DNA from: an archaeon HR01
GTDB lineage: Archaea; Thermoproteota; Nitrososphaeria_A; Caldarchaeales; Caldarchaeaceae
Reading direction: 5' to 3'
Assembly: GCA_002898355.1 (NCBI GenBank)
Contig: BEHD01000013.1
Location: 39,424-63,423 of the forward strand
Length of the DNA: 24,000 bases
Below, piece after piece: positions 23,853 to 24,000 of this stretch. The stretch's first letter is position 1, and the number at the start of each line of letters is the position of its first letter. A program made the position numbers and the translations under genes. Under the pieces are notes generated by a model. It searched no databases, had not been told where the DNA came from, and was given only the letters and a program-made list of their open reading frames with translations.

Positions 23853-24000
23853 TCAGGTAGTGAGAGTATACGTATAAAGGATTGCCGGCGGGCCGTTCAC
23901 AGGGTCTGACGTGTATGCTATGTATTGGAGGGCTTCGTAGACCTGCTCATCACCCATGTATGTTGGCGTGTCTATCCTGAAGACCCCAGCCTCCGGCTCG
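23853..24000 (-). CDS. C-terminal fragment (48 codons) of an unidentified gene continuing beyond the window
   Basis: My own translation of the minus strand from 23999 gives EPEAGVFRIDTPTYMGDEQVYEALQYIAYTSDPVNGPPAILYTYTLTT followed by a stop (TGA, 23855-23853). The composition looks protein-like and the frame is open to the window edge. I recognise no family. Confidence 0.35.
   Translation of the reverse strand, partial: EPEAGVFRIDTPTYMGDEQVYEALQYIAYTSDPVNGPPAILYTYTLTT

Noticed and set aside
1-24000. CRISPR arrays, IS elements and long direct or inverted repeats
   Set aside because: Reading both strands showed none. The only repeats noted are the Zn-ribbon codon duplication and the 13-mer TATA-like pair. 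I could not run an exhaustive computational repeat search.

Overview
The window looks like archaeal chromosomal DNA. The evidence is a PolD (DP1) small-subunit gene, AT-rich TATA-like boxes about 25-35 nt upstream of starts, GGAGG/GGTGA ribosome-binding sites, and a tRNA with a non-canonical BHB-type intron. PolD together with this intron type suggests a non-crenarchaeal TACK-type or related lineage, but that is inference. I saw no rRNA, CRISPR array, transposase or integrase. Left to right: a 5'-truncated C2H2-zinc-finger/TM protein coupled to polB(DP1). A PflX-like radical-SAM gene, transcribed divergently from a lone 2-oxoacid dehydrogenase E1-alpha. A five-gene Liv-type branched-chain amino-acid ABC importer. 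A class-III aminotransferase and a small THUMP protein on the minus strand. A UbiD-family decarboxylase with an extra C-terminal tail, then hisG. An intron-containing tRNA-Gly(GCC). A tightly coupled five-gene minus-strand cluster: two paralogous Zn-ribbon/2-TM proteins, a helical protein, a YdjI/COG4260-type SPFH protein with three C-terminal Zn ribbons, and a 4-TM protein. A Mo-oxidoreductase / NnrS-like / hemerythrin trio. A half-size EamA protein, a dolichol-kinase-like membrane protein and an LLM/F420-type oxidoreductase. Finally a half-length CPA1-type antiporter ORF and a C-terminal gene fragment at the right edge. The best candidate for an undescribed system is the 14242-18247 Zn-ribbon/SPFH membrane cluster. 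All family calls rest on motif recognition by eye, with no database search.
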